A stretch of 32,000 nucleotides of DNA from Synechocystis sp. PCC 6803 substr. PCC-P (GTDB lineage: Bacteria > Cyanobacteriota > Cyanobacteriia > Cyanobacteriales > Microcystaceae): contig NC_017039.1 of assembly GCF_000284455.1 (NCBI RefSeq), positions 1,380,001 through 1,412,000 of the forward strand. The letters are read 5' to 3'. The notes under the pieces were generated by a model. It searched no databases. It worked only from the letters and a program-made list of their open reading frames with translations, and was not told where the DNA came from. Shown here piece by piece: positions 7,660 through 18,324 of the stretch (the stretch's first letter is position 1; every line of letters starts with the position of its first letter). The position numbers were made by a program, and so were the translations under genes.

Positions 7660-7814
7660 AAGTCAAAAAACGGCTATGGTTAACCAAAAGTTAATCGACT
7701 TTTTTGGGAAATTATGCATTGAAAATAAAAAAAATTTCGTGTTTTAAATTAACAAAATGCAACTAATATTGTTAGCTAGAACGGACCAGTAAGGTTTCTG
7801 GCTTTATTGACAGC

Positions 7815-7852
7815 AAACGGCCCGTCTTACCCTAGGGTTTTGCCGTTTTTTT
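7815..7852 (+). terminator. Intrinsic-terminator-like hairpin inside the pstS leader
   Basis: AAACGGC (7815-7821) pairs with GCCGTTT (7842-7848). Inner CCC/GGG pairing (7821-7823 / 35-37) is possible. The T run spans 7846-7852. The hairpin lies about 75-90 nt upstream of the pstS start. Confidence 0.4.
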
Positions 7853-7926
7853 AGGTCGATAATTATGCCAATGGAAACCCCATCAGCGAACAAGGGCTGA
7901 CTGTTTCAACTGCACTACAATTTAGA

Positions 7927-8940
7927 TTGCAAATTCCTATGCTTAGTTCACTGCAAAAAGTTGCTACCTTCTCCGTAGTCAGCGTTATCGTCGGTTTTGG
8001 TGGCATTGGCCAGGCCATTGCCGGTACCCTCAATGGTGCGGGAGCGAGTTTTCCGGCCCCACTCTACCAACGTTATTTTGCTGAGTATAAAAAAGCTACC
8101 GGTAATACTGTCAATTACAACTCCGTCGGTAGTGGCGCTGGTATTCGTCAATTTATCGGTGAAACCGTTGATTTTGGTGCCACCGATGCTGTGCCCACTT
8201 CCGCCCAACGTCAACAGATGAAACGGGGTGTGGTTATGGTGCCCACCGCTGGTGGCGCTGTGGCGGTAGTTTACAATTTACCAGGCAAAAAAGTACAACT
8301 TTCTCGCATTGCCTTGGGTAAAATTTTCACCGGGGAACTAAAAACCTGGAACCAGGTGGATTCCAAACTGCCCAACACTCCCATTCGAGTTGTGGTACGG
8401 GCCGATGGTAGTGGCACCACGGATATTTTTACTAGCCACCTCAGCGCTATTAGTAGCACCTTTAGAAGCAAGATTGGTGCTAGCCAAGATCCCAACTGGG
8501 GTTTCCAAGTACTGAAAGGTCCGAAAAATGACGGGGTAGCGGCAACGGTTAAGCAAACCCCCGGGGCGATCGGTTATGTCCAGGACACCTTTGCCCGCCG
8601 TAACGAGGGTCCCAATCTGCAAACCGCCAAGGTACAAAATAAGGCCGGTCAGTATGTAGAACCCAGCTTGGCAGAGGCCAATAAAGCCATCAGTGGAGCC
8701 AAGTTTGACGCGAACTTTGTTGCTGAAATAAGTGATCCTGCCTCCGGTTATCCCATTGTGGGTTTGACCTGGTTGTTGGTGTATCAAAACAATAAAAATG
8801 CCAACGTTGCCAAGGACGTCAAAGCTTTGGTGCGCTGGATTTTGACCACTGGCCAAAACCATAATACCCAGTTGGAGTACACCAAAATTCCTCCCGCCGT
8901 TGCCCAACGGGTAATTGCAGCAGTTAACAAGATCAAATAA
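7927..8940 (+). CDS. pstS: Phosphate ABC transporter periplasmic phosphate-binding protein
   Basis: It has a signal peptide and PstS signatures (GAGASFPAPLYQRY, NYNSVGSGAGIRQF, ADGSGTT). The track start is TTG 7927; the ATG at 7939 (MLSSLQK...) is the likelier start. Confidence 0.93.
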   Translation: MQIPMLSSLQKVATFSVVSVIVGFGGIGQAIAGTLNGAGASFPAPLYQRYFAEYKKATGNTVNYNSVGSGAGIRQFIGETVDFGATDAVPTSAQRQQMKRGVVMVPTAGGAVAVVYNLPGKKVQLSRIALGKIFTGELKTWNQVDSKLPNTPIRVVVRADGSGTTDIFTSHLSAISSTFRSKIGASQDPNWGFQVLKGPKNDGVAATVKQTPGAIGYVQDTFARRNEGPNLQTAKVQNKAGQYVEPSLAEANKAISGAKFDANFVAEISDPASGYPIVGLTWLLVYQNNKNANVAKDVKALVRWILTTGQNHNTQLEYTKIPPAVAQRVIAAVNKIK

Positions 8941-9085
8941 ACCAAATATCAAGTCAATCTGCGGTTTTTCAAGCTCCCCTAGTCTCCTCAGTTCGGGAAG
9001 AAACTGGATAAAGATCCCCCGGTATTGGGAGATTTAGGGGGCAAATTAAAACTTGGCAAACAGGCTCTAGGAAAAGGCAATAGGT

Positions 9086-10072
9086 ATGGTGGAAGGTTTT
9101 TCACGTCGTTCAGAATTCACTCTGGCCCGGGGAGGGGATATTACCCAAGGGAATTCCCTCACCAATGGTTTGGACTGGGGCTTTAAACAGTTGACCCGTC
9201 TCTGTTCCCTCGGAGTAGTGGTGATTCTCGGCTGGATCGCCTGGGTGGTTTTTACCGATGCCCGACCGGCGATCGCCAAGTTTGGTTGGGAATTCATCGT
9301 CAGTCAACAATGGGACAGCAGTGGGCAACTGTTTGGCGGCTTACCCTATATTTTCGGCTCGGTGGTTAGTTCCTTCATCGCCCTAATTTTTGCCCTGCCC
9401 TTGGGGCTGGCCGTGGCGGTTATGACCAGCGAAAACCTTCTACCTGCTCCGGTGCGGGTGCCCATTGCCTTTCTGGTGGAACTGATTGCTTCCATTCCCA
9501 GCGTGATCATTGGTCTATGGGGCATTTTTGTCTTCATTCCAGTGTTAATGCCTGTGCAGGGGGCACTGTTTAAATATCTGGGTTGGTTACCAATTTTTGG
9601 TACGGAACCCTTTGGCCCCAGCATGCTGGTGGCGGGATTGGTGCTGACCGTGATGATTATTCCCACCATTGCTTCCATCAGCCGGGACATTTTACTCTCT
9701 GTTTCCCCCAGCCTCCGTAGCGCTTCCATGGCCCTGGGGGCAACCCGATGGGAAACTATCTGCTCGGTGATTTTGCCCTCTGCTAGTTCTGGCATTATTG
9801 GTGCCACTATTTTGGCCCTAGGTAGGGCCCTCGGAGAAACCATGGCAGTAACAATGGTGATCGGTAACTCAAATATTATCTCGGCTTCCCTACTGGCACC
9901 GGGATATACCATTCCCTCAGTGCTAGCTAACCAATTTGCCGAAGCAGTGGATGAGCTGCACATCGGCGCTTTGATGTATTTAGCTTTAATCCTTTTCGTT
10001 ATTACCCTCGGTATTAATAGTCTGGCGGTGTTGATGGTGGCAACCATTCGTCGTCAAGGGGAGAGCAATTAA
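9086..10072 (+). CDS. pstC: Phosphate ABC transporter permease PstC
   Basis: 328-aa polytopic protein with an EAA-type loop (ASMALGATRWETI). Its position directly follows pstS. Confidence 0.93.
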   Translation: MVEGFSRRSEFTLARGGDITQGNSLTNGLDWGFKQLTRLCSLGVVVILGWIAWVVFTDARPAIAKFGWEFIVSQQWDSSGQLFGGLPYIFGSVVSSFIALIFALPLGLAVAVMTSENLLPAPVRVPIAFLVELIASIPSVIIGLWGIFVFIPVLMPVQGALFKYLGWLPIFGTEPFGPSMLVAGLVLTVMIIPTIASISRDILLSVSPSLRSASMALGATRWETICSVILPSASSGIIGATILALGRALGETMAVTMVIGNSNIISASLLAPGYTIPSVLANQFAEAVDELHIGALMYLALILFVITLGINSLAVLMVATIRRQGESN

Positions 10073-10076
10073 AGCG

Positions 10077-10949
10077 ATGAAAAGTTCTGCCCCTAGTAGT
10101 TTACTTGCGCCCCTATCCTTTTTCCGTAATGGTTTTGCCTGGGTGATGGGGGGGTTGTCCTTTACCCTCACCCTTGTGGCTCTGCTGCCTTTGTTGGCTA
10201 TCTTAGCTGCCATTATTCAACGAGGTTTGCCCACTCTTTCCTGGGAAGTGTTTATCCATCTACCAGCTCCAGTGGGGGTGGAAGGGGAACCCAACGGTTT
10301 TGCCAATGCCATTGTGGGTACTCTGACCATGGTCGGACTGGGCGCTCTTTTTAGTGTGCCCCTGGGGGTGATGACTGGGGTATTTTTGGCGGAGTTTGCG
10401 GCCGGCTCGGCGATCGCCAATGGGGTACGTTTTGTCACCGTGATTCTGAGCAGTGTGCCCTCGGTAATTGTGGGGGTATTTGCCTATGGAGTACTGGTTA
10501 TTACCACCAAGCAATTTTCGGCCTACGCCGGGGGTCTAGCTTTAGGGGTAATTATGACTCCCATTATTGCTTTGACTACAGAAGAAGCGCTGAAATTAGT
10601 GCCTCTCCATTACCGCCTGGGTTCCGCTGCCCTGGGGGCTAGTAAATGGGAAACCACAGTCAAAACGGTAATTCCCTGTGCCATTCCCGCCATTACCACT
10701 GGGGTATTGTTAGCAGTGGCGAGGGCCGCCGGGGAAACGGCTCCTTTGATGTTCACTGCGCTCTTCAGTCAATTCTGGCAAGAGGGGTTAATGGCCCCCA
10801 CCCCTTCCCTGCCCGTACTGATTTACAACTATGCCAGTTCTCCTTTTGAAGAACAGAACGCCATTGCCTGGACCGCTTCTCTTGTACTATTAATGCTGGT
10901 TTTGACCATTAATCTATCCTCCCGTCTGCTGATCCGTCGGCGTTTTTAG
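10077..10949 (+). CDS. pstA: Phosphate ABC transporter permease PstA
   Basis: 290 aa, starting 4 nt after the pstC stop. It has an EAA-type loop (GSAALGASKWETT) and a permease topology. Confidence 0.93.
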   Translation: MKSSAPSSLLAPLSFFRNGFAWVMGGLSFTLTLVALLPLLAILAAIIQRGLPTLSWEVFIHLPAPVGVEGEPNGFANAIVGTLTMVGLGALFSVPLGVMTGVFLAEFAAGSAIANGVRFVTVILSSVPSVIVGVFAYGVLVITTKQFSAYAGGLALGVIMTPIIALTTEEALKLVPLHYRLGSAALGASKWETTVKTVIPCAIPAITTGVLLAVARAAGETAPLMFTALFSQFWQEGLMAPTPSLPVLIYNYASSPFEEQNAIAWTASLVLLMLVLTINLSSRLLIRRRF

Positions 10950-11002
10950 CTCTGCCATCAATACCTAATCGTTAATTTTCCCGTTTTCTCCGTTTACCAG
11001 CT

Positions 11003-11818
11003 ATGACTAATTTGTCCGGTTCAATGCCCAGCTCCACAGCAGCGGATTTACAGCCTGCCCTCAGGGTTGAAGGTTTGGGATTTTATTACGGCACCAAAAA
11101 AGTGTTAGAGGGGGTAACCATGGCAATCCCCGTTGGTAAGGTCACTGCCATGATTGGCCCTTCTGGTTGTGGTAAATCAACTTTGCTCAAAGCTTTTAAC
11201 CGCATTGCCGAACTGGAGGGACGGGTGAAAGTAACCGGGAAAATCGAATTTTTCGGACAAAATATTTACGATCAAAAGGTCAATATTAATAGCCTGCGTC
11301 GGGAAATTGGCATGGTCTTTCAGCGCCCCAATCCTTTCCCCACCAGCATTTACGACAACATTGTCTATGGGGTTAAACTTTGTTGCAATGTGAGCCGGGC
11401 CGAATTGGATGAAATTGTCGAACGTTCCCTCACTAGGGCAGTGTTGTGGGATGAAGTCAAGGATAGTTTGAAAAAATCTGCTTTGGGTTTATCGGGGGGA
11501 CAACAGCAACGCCTATGTATTGCCAGGGCGTTAGCGGTCAATCCCAAGGTGTTGTTAATGGATGAACCCTGTTCTGCTCTCGATCCTATTTCTACTCTGA
11601 AAATTGAGGAATTAATCAATAGTCTGCGGGAAAATGTGACCATCACCATTGTGACCCACAATATGCAACAGGCCCTGAGGGTGTCTGACTACACAGCGTT
11701 TTTCAATACCGATGAAAGCCGTATCGGTCAGTTAGTAGAATTCGACACCACCCAGAATATTTTCTCTAGTCCCCAGGAAACCCAAACCAGGGATTATGTG
11801 GCTGGTCGCTTTGGCTAG
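11003..11818 (+). CDS. pstB: Phosphate ABC transporter ATP-binding protein PstB
   Basis: Walker A is GPSGCGKST, the ABC signature is LSGGQQQR, and Walker B is LLMDEPCSALD. The C-terminus TRDYVAGRFG is typical of PstB. Confidence 0.95.
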   Translation: MTNLSGSMPSSTAADLQPALRVEGLGFYYGTKKVLEGVTMAIPVGKVTAMIGPSGCGKSTLLKAFNRIAELEGRVKVTGKIEFFGQNIYDQKVNINSLRREIGMVFQRPNPFPTSIYDNIVYGVKLCCNVSRAELDEIVERSLTRAVLWDEVKDSLKKSALGLSGGQQQRLCIARALAVNPKVLLMDEPCSALDPISTLKIEELINSLRENVTITIVTHNMQQALRVSDYTAFFNTDESRIGQLVEFDTTQNIFSSPQETQTRDYVAGRFG

Positions 11819-12001
11819 ATACTCCTGTTTATGGTGCCCTCCTTCATATAACGTTTGCTTGTATTACCTCTTAATTTTTACTTTAGAAACTAGTCTTCAG
11901 TAAGCATTCAATCTGCTCAATTTTGCCTGGGCTAAAACTGGCTCGCCACCTATTGCCATTCAGAAATCTGGTAAAATGGGTTGCCCAATGAAATTTGTAT
12001 G

Positions 12002-12514
12002 ATGAGCAAAGTTTTTTTTGATATTACCATCGGCAGCGATACCGCAGGTCGCATTGTGATGGAATTGTTTGACGAAGTTACCCCCAAAACCGCTGAAAAT
12101 TTCCGGGCCCTTTGCACTGGAGAAAAAGGTGTGGGTAAAGCTGGTAAACCCCTACACTTCAAAGGTTCCCATTTCCATCGAGTCATCACCGATTTCATGG
12201 CCCAAGGGGGAGATTTTACCCGGGGCAACGGTACCGGCGGTGAGTCTATTTATGGAGAAAAATTTGCCGATGAAAATTTCCAGTTAAAGCACGATCGCCC
12301 TGGGCTATTGTCCATGGCCAATGCCGGGCCCAATACCAACGGTTCCCAATTCTTCTTAACCTTTGTACCTTGCCCTTGGCTTGATGGTAAGCACGTCGTT
12401 TTTGGTGAAGTGGTGGAAGGTTTAGAAATTCTAGAGCAACTTGAAGCTAACGGTTCCCAAAGTGGTCAAACTAAACAGGCGATCGTTATCAGCGATTGTG
12501 GTGAAATTAAATAA
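12002..12514 (+). CDS. Cyclophilin-type peptidyl-prolyl cis-trans isomerase
   Basis: [11 protein letters not shown]...[14 protein letters not shown]...[31 protein letters not shown]...[22 protein letters not shown] are classic cyclophilin A motifs. The start was chosen at the ATG at 12002 (an ATG at 11999 is also possible) rather than the track TTG at 11981. Confidence 0.9.
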   Translation: MSKVFFDITIGSDTAGRIVMELFDEVTPKTAENFRALCTGEKGVGKAGKPLHFKGSHFHRVITDFMAQGGDFTRGNGTGGESIYGEKFADENFQLKHDRPGLLSMANAGPNTNGSQFFLTFVPCPWLDGKHVVFGEVVEGLEILEQLEANGSQSGQTKQAIVISDCGEIK

Positions 12515-12580
12515 GCCTGATTGACACTAGTGTGTATAGACTCTGTTAAAAACCTTGTTGGAAAAATAAAGTAAGACAGT

Positions 12581-12621
12581 CCCCTTGATTAGTTTTGAAT
12601 TGATAATCGAGGGGGTTTTTA
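12581..12621 (+). terminator. Rho-independent terminator candidate after the cyclophilin gene
   Basis: CCCCTTGATT (12581-12590) pairs with AATCGAGGGG (12605-12614), forming 10 bp with one G-U pair. It is followed by a T run at 12616-12621. Confidence 0.55.
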
Positions 12622-12642
12622 TTGGTCAAATTTGAGTGAAAA

Positions 12643-12933
12643 TCAATCAGCAAAACTATTAGCCTTGGTGGCAAACTTAACATCCAATTCTGTAATGCCG
12701 CCTGCATCATGGGTGGTTAAATCAATGGTGACCCGATTATATACATTGGACCATTCTGGATGATGGTTCAGGGTTTCCGCCACCAACGCTAACCGAGTCA
12801 TAAAACCGAAAGCTTGATTAAAATTGGCAAACTTAAATTGACGATGGAGTTTATTGCCCTGCAAGCTCCAACCGCCGAGTTCTCCCAGGGCAGTTTGGAT
12901 TTCTGGGTCAGTTAAACGTTGGGGGGTGGCCAT
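12643..12933 (-). CDS. phhB: Pterin-4a-carbinolamine dehydratase (PCD/DCoH family)
   Basis: 96 aa. The sequence [32 protein letters not shown] fits the COG2154 catalytic motif E-x3-H-H-P-x5-Y-x9-H-x8-D. Confidence 0.9.
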   Translation of the reverse strand: MATPQRLTDPEIQTALGELGGWSLQGNKLHRQFKFANFNQAFGFMTRLALVAETLNHHPEWSNVYNRVTIDLTTHDAGGITELDVKFATKANSFAD

Positions 12934-12964
12934 GGTGCAATTTATCTAGATTTTTAACTATTGG

Positions 12965-14782
12965 TTAGGGATTGTTCCTGCCATCCGTTATATCATCTCC
13001 CAGAAAAAGATTGAAGGAAACCTGGGTTGGTTCGCCCACGTTGGTGGTTTCCTGCACCCGGCTATCGGGAATTTGCCAGTTATCACTCAAATAAGTTCTA
13101 ATCTGCTCTGTTTGGGAAAAAAGACTGGCGGGATTACTATCTGGAGGACGTTGAATGGTGAGTCGCAAATACAGAGAGGGATGGGACCGGAGAATTTGTC
13201 CCACATTGTCGAGTACTGCTTGATCTTGGTTGGAAAGATTCAGGGGAGCACTGGCGATCGCCGCAGTTTCATCGAGAACGGTGAGGGGAATAAGCCCTTG
13301 ATCTGTGGCGAGGCGTTGGTATTCCACCATGGCATCATTAACCTGTAACGATCGCCGAATTTGATTGGAAAGAATAACTTGGGCGTCCTCCTGTAAATCT
13401 CGATCACCAAGGTAGATGACCACTAACTTAAAAGCGGAATTATCGCTCCGGAGTACGACTTGATAATCCACCAATTGCAGGGCATCAGGAAGGCTCACCA
13501 GGGCGAGGGAACGACTAATTTCCCCCATCAATTCCCCCTGTAGGTCTGGCAAATAACTAACTTGGGTGATGACTGGAATAGATTCCGTGTTAACCGCTTG
13601 GCTGGTGGGAATTTGCACAAACCGCAAGGTAATGTCACTGGGGCTAAGGTCCAGGGCAGTGGCTAACTTGTCCACAAAGCGGTCTTCATCTTCCTGGCTG
13701 TAGAGCTTGTCGGTCACCACCTGGAGTTGTATCGATACTTGGTTGTTATCCCGTTTCGCTTTTACCTGGTCGATGTAGGAACGAAATTCATCATCGCCCC
13801 CGTCGAAATTATCCTGCCAGATCTGCTTAATGGTGGAATTAAGTTGGTTTTCTTCCCGTTGCTGGGTCACTTGGCGTCGCACCTGTTCCAGGGATTTGGT
13901 CAGAGGAAACGAAATGATCCCCAGGGTAACCAGGATCAAGAAAAAGCGACTGGGCAAACCTCCTACCCGTTGAAAAGTGGTGTAGGCCGGCAATCTTCTC
14001 AACCAAGAACTGACCACTTGGCTTTCAGCATTTTCTTGTTTCCATTCCCCAATGGCTTCCCGCACTGCCCGCACATCAAAGTGGACGAAAAAGAACACAA
14101 TCATGGCGGTGAAAATAATCGCCACTAGGTTGGTGATGAATAGCAGTCCTCCCCCCTTGGCCACGGTCAAACCCTGGGAAGAAGCCAAGCTGAAATAGAT
14201 ACCAATGCCGTAACCCACCACGCACAATGGCGGCATCAAGGCCACGGCGATCGCCACCCCTGGTAAAGAAGCCGCTACCCCCTTCGCTTGTTTGCAGGTA
14301 GCCACCGATCCCACCGCCCCGGAAAACAAAGCCACAATTAAATCCAAAAGGGTAGGATTGGTTCTAGCCAAAATTTCGGGGGTAATTTCCTTAAAAGGGA
14401 CTATGACCACCAGAATGGCTGCAAAAACGATGGCTAAACTACAGCTCAGTAATAAGTTAAACGCCGCCCGCAACCAGAGCACCACGTCTCCCGCCGCCAA
14501 ACCCATGCCATTGGCCAAAATTGGCCCCATCAAAGGGGAAATCAACATTGCTCCAATGATTACCGCTGGACTGTTCAGTACCAACCCCAGGGTGGCAATG
14601 CCCGCCGCAAACAAAACCTCAATCCAGTAGCTTATGTCCCTGAGGCTAACGGACTCACATAACTGGGTGTAGATTTGCACCTTATGTTCATCGGTCAAAT
14701 CTAAATTATTCGTAAAGCCACGGCGTAGACGCAGTAACATCAGCAGGGAAAAACGATGCCCGGAGGACTTGGACTTTGACAT
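12965..14782 (-). CDS. DUF389-type polytopic membrane protein with a long soluble C-terminal region
   Basis: 605 aa. The N-terminal half has repeated hydrophobic segments with MLISPLMGPI and ALMPPL motifs, typical of the DUF389/TIGR00341 hydrophobic domain as I remember it. The C-terminal ~300 aa are hydrophilic with no motif I recognise. Confidence 0.8.
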   Translation of the reverse strand: MSKSKSSGHRFSLLMLLRLRRGFTNNLDLTDEHKVQIYTQLCESVSLRDISYWIEVLFAAGIATLGLVLNSPAVIIGAMLISPLMGPILANGMGLAAGDVVLWLRAAFNLLLSCSLAIVFAAILVVIVPFKEITPEILARTNPTLLDLIVALFSGAVGSVATCKQAKGVAASLPGVAIAVALMPPLCVVGYGIGIYFSLASSQGLTVAKGGGLLFITNLVAIIFTAMIVFFFVHFDVRAVREAIGEWKQENAESQVVSSWLRRLPAYTTFQRVGGLPSRFFLILVTLGIISFPLTKSLEQVRRQVTQQREENQLNSTIKQIWQDNFDGGDDEFRSYIDQVKAKRDNNQVSIQLQVVTDKLYSQEDEDRFVDKLATALDLSPSDITLRFVQIPTSQAVNTESIPVITQVSYLPDLQGELMGEISRSLALVSLPDALQLVDYQVVLRSDNSAFKLVVIYLGDRDLQEDAQVILSNQIRRSLQVNDAMVEYQRLATDQGLIPLTVLDETAAIASAPLNLSNQDQAVLDNVGQILRSHPSLYLRLTIQRPPDSNPASLFSQTEQIRTYLSDNWQIPDSRVQETTNVGEPTQVSFNLFLGDDITDGRNNP

Positions 14783-14948
14783 AGGGGGGGATGGGATTAA
14801 TCGTCTCCATTGTGCTTGACCAATACTATACTCTGGGGAGAGTTTGCTGAATTATTGCCATCCACCTTTTCGGGGTTGGGCTATCCCAGGTTATATTGCC
14901 TTACATTATCCCCATATCATTCATTATTTCCCATCGAGCGAGTTGTTT

Positions 14949-15203
14949 ATGTTTGGCGTTCTGCTGTTCCTTATTTTCTTCTGTGCCGTCAGTCTAGCCT
15001 TTTTTGCCAACCGTAAATGGTGGATTCGTGTTTCCACCCAGTCTCCCCGCTGTACCTATTATTTTGGCCCCTTTACTTCCCAAGAAGAGGCGATCGCCCA
15101 CCACCAAGGTTATCTCCAGGATTTGGAGATGGAGGGAGCCCAGGGCATTGAATACAAAATAGAACGCTCCTATAAGCCAAGAAAATTAACCATCGAAGAC
15201 TGA
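14949..15203 (+). CDS. Small cyanobacterial protein (DUF1816-like by recollection), N-terminal TM helix
   Basis: The internal ATG at 14949 gives MFGVLLFLIFFCAVSLAFFANRKWWIRVSTQSPRCTYYFGPFTSQEEAIAHHQGYLQDLEMEGAQGI. The WW..V.T..P.CTYYFGPF...EA...GY..DL..EGAQGI pattern is a conserved cyanobacterial signature. Confidence 0.6.
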   Translation: MFGVLLFLIFFCAVSLAFFANRKWWIRVSTQSPRCTYYFGPFTSQEEAIAHHQGYLQDLEMEGAQGIEYKIERSYKPRKLTIED

Positions 15204-15337
15204 GAAAACCGCCAGCAATGGGGAAGCTTGTTGGCTAATTTCTCCCCAAAGCACAAATCCCCCAGTTATTTGGTTAACTAGGGGATCCAGCTTATCTTTA
15301 CAGCTAAAATTCTGAGCAACGAGATCTTACTAAAAAT

Positions 15338-16066
15338 TTAGTCTCGACCGTTGAGGGCAATCAGTAGACGCAGAATGAAGATAAACAGGTTGATATAGGT
15401 CAAATACATGGACAGGGATGCAGCCAAATATTGATCATCCCGGTAGGTGCGGGGGAGAACAAAAAAGTCCACCACCGACACGCCGGCAAATAGCAACACC
15501 CCGAAGCCAGAAATGGCCACTTCCAAAAAGGTAGGGGTAATGACCCCAAAAAAGCCGAGCACCACTTGGAGAAGCATCACCACCACTAGTCCAATCAAGG
15601 CTAAGCTGACGGTTTTGCTCAGGGCAATGCCATCTTCTTCCGATAAATTGGAGCCAATACTACGGGCCACCACAAAAGTTACACCACAGCCCAGGGCCGC
15701 CACACCAATGCCTTGGATACCCACTCCACTGGTTTGCAGGGCCAGGTAAATAATGCCACTCAGGGTATAACCAGATAGCAGACTATACAGGGTTAGCAAG
15801 GGCAAAGCCGTTGCGTTATTGCCACTTTGCGCCACCCGCATGGCGACAAAAAAGAGAATAAAATTACCGATTAAAGCGACCCAAAAGGTGGTCATGAATA
15901 GACCGGGATTGCCCTGCATGACGCTGAGACCACCAAAGGTTCCCGCCGCTGTCAGCACCAAGCCTCCGCCAAGATAGGGGAGGGCGTTTTTGATCACGTT
16001 TGGCCCGATCAGACTTTGGCCTTTTGCCTCCGCCATGATCTGACGAAAATTGCTGGTATTGCTCAT
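15338..16066 (-). CDS. Bax-inhibitor-1/YccA family membrane protein
   Basis: Seven hydrophobic segments and a C-terminal YLTYINLFIFILRLL motif, typical of the BI-1/UPF0005 family. The start was chosen at the ATG at 16066 (MSNTSNF...); the track starts at 16096. Confidence 0.85.
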   Translation of the reverse strand: MSNTSNFRQIMAEAKGQSLIGPNVIKNALPYLGGGLVLTAAGTFGGLSVMQGNPGLFMTTFWVALIGNFILFFVAMRVAQSGNNATALPLLTLYSLLSGYTLSGIIYLALQTSGVGIQGIGVAALGCGVTFVVARSIGSNLSEEDGIALSKTVSLALIGLVVVMLLQVVLGFFGVITPTFLEVAISGFGVLLFAGVSVVDFFVLPRTYRDDQYLAASLSMYLTYINLFIFILRLLIALNGRD

Positions 16067-16276
16067 AAAAAGTGGATTTTTGACTAGGATAATCACAGGG
16101 GGGAAATTATTTTTCCCTTACCTTTAATATACTATCGACAACCATGGCCTTGCTTTAAGTGCTGGTAAGTCCTTATAAGCCCTTATTTGTGGGCTATTTC
16201 TGCCCCTGGATCCCGCCGGCTGAGCTAAGCATGAACTGTGTATTGTTCCATTGTCAGACCAGGAGGCCTTAGTCCT

Positions 16277-16552
16277 ATGAATTATCGTGTTATTGTCTTG
16301 AGTGGGGTGATGACTGCCCTCCTCGGCACCGTGTTTGGTTGGGGCATGGGGCAGATTGCCCTGCGTCAACGGCCTAGCCAAGTACAGGTCACCATGAGTC
16401 AGCCCTATCGTACTTTCTATGGGCGGCGCTTAATCTGGTTCGGGGCGATCGCCGGCTTTGTGTTGGGGGCAGGACAGGCCTGTGTACTGGCGGAGAGGAA
16501 AAAGGAAAAAGAAGCCATGGAGAAAGCGGAAACTGAAGAAGACTATTCCTGA
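16277..16552 (+). CDS. Small two-TM hypothetical protein with a charged C-terminal tail
   Basis: The ATG at 16277 is preceded by AGGAGG (16261-16266). It reads MNYRVIVLSGVMTALLGTVFGWGMG...WFGAIAGFVLGAGQACVL...KKEKEAMEKAETEEDYS. Confidence 0.5.
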   Translation: MNYRVIVLSGVMTALLGTVFGWGMGQIALRQRPSQVQVTMSQPYRTFYGRRLIWFGAIAGFVLGAGQACVLAERKKEKEAMEKAETEEDYS

Positions 16553-16842
16553 TCCCCTGCCGCTGCAGTGACCTGGTTTTCCGTTACCGATGGAGGGAAT
16601 TTGGTTGCTATTTCTGGCGGTCCAAGGGACGCGAAAAAGTTCGCCGCCACTGTTTGCATCGCCGTGGCCTAAGGCGGTCAAATACTCCCATCCCCTGACC
16701 AGGCTAGTTTTCTCCCTTGGCGATCGCCCTGGTAGCATTTAATACAAATTGGCTATCTTGGCAAAGTCCCCCGAAATATTACGAAACGTAAAGTATAATA
16801 ACAATCAACCTGTAAACCCCAAATGCCTTAGCGAGACAGTAA

Positions 16843-18264
<1,422 letters not shown>

Positions 18265-18324
18265 GCCGCCTGGACTCCCTGGTAATCTTCCTGACAAATG
18301 GCAACCCTAATGCGACAATGCTAA

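Noticed and set aside
9015-9040. CCCCC-N16-GGGGG between pstS and pstC, considered as an intercistronic attenuator.
   Set aside because: It is only a 5-bp stem with a 16-nt loop and no T run. It is plausible in principle but the sequence alone does not support it.
8338-10047. Long minus-strand ORFs (8338..8952, 204 aa; 9346..10047, 233 aa) antisense to pstS and pstC.
   Set aside because: They are shadow frames of genes with unambiguous family signatures on the + strand. Their products are low-complexity and Gly/Pro/Arg-rich, with no recognisable motif, and they have no plausible start context.
16430-16738. The 102-aa minus-strand ORF upstream of crtP.
   Set aside because: It overlaps the 3' end of the better-supported + strand two-TM ORF and the crtP promoter region. 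It has no start context, no motif and a Gly/Arg/Ser-rich sequence.
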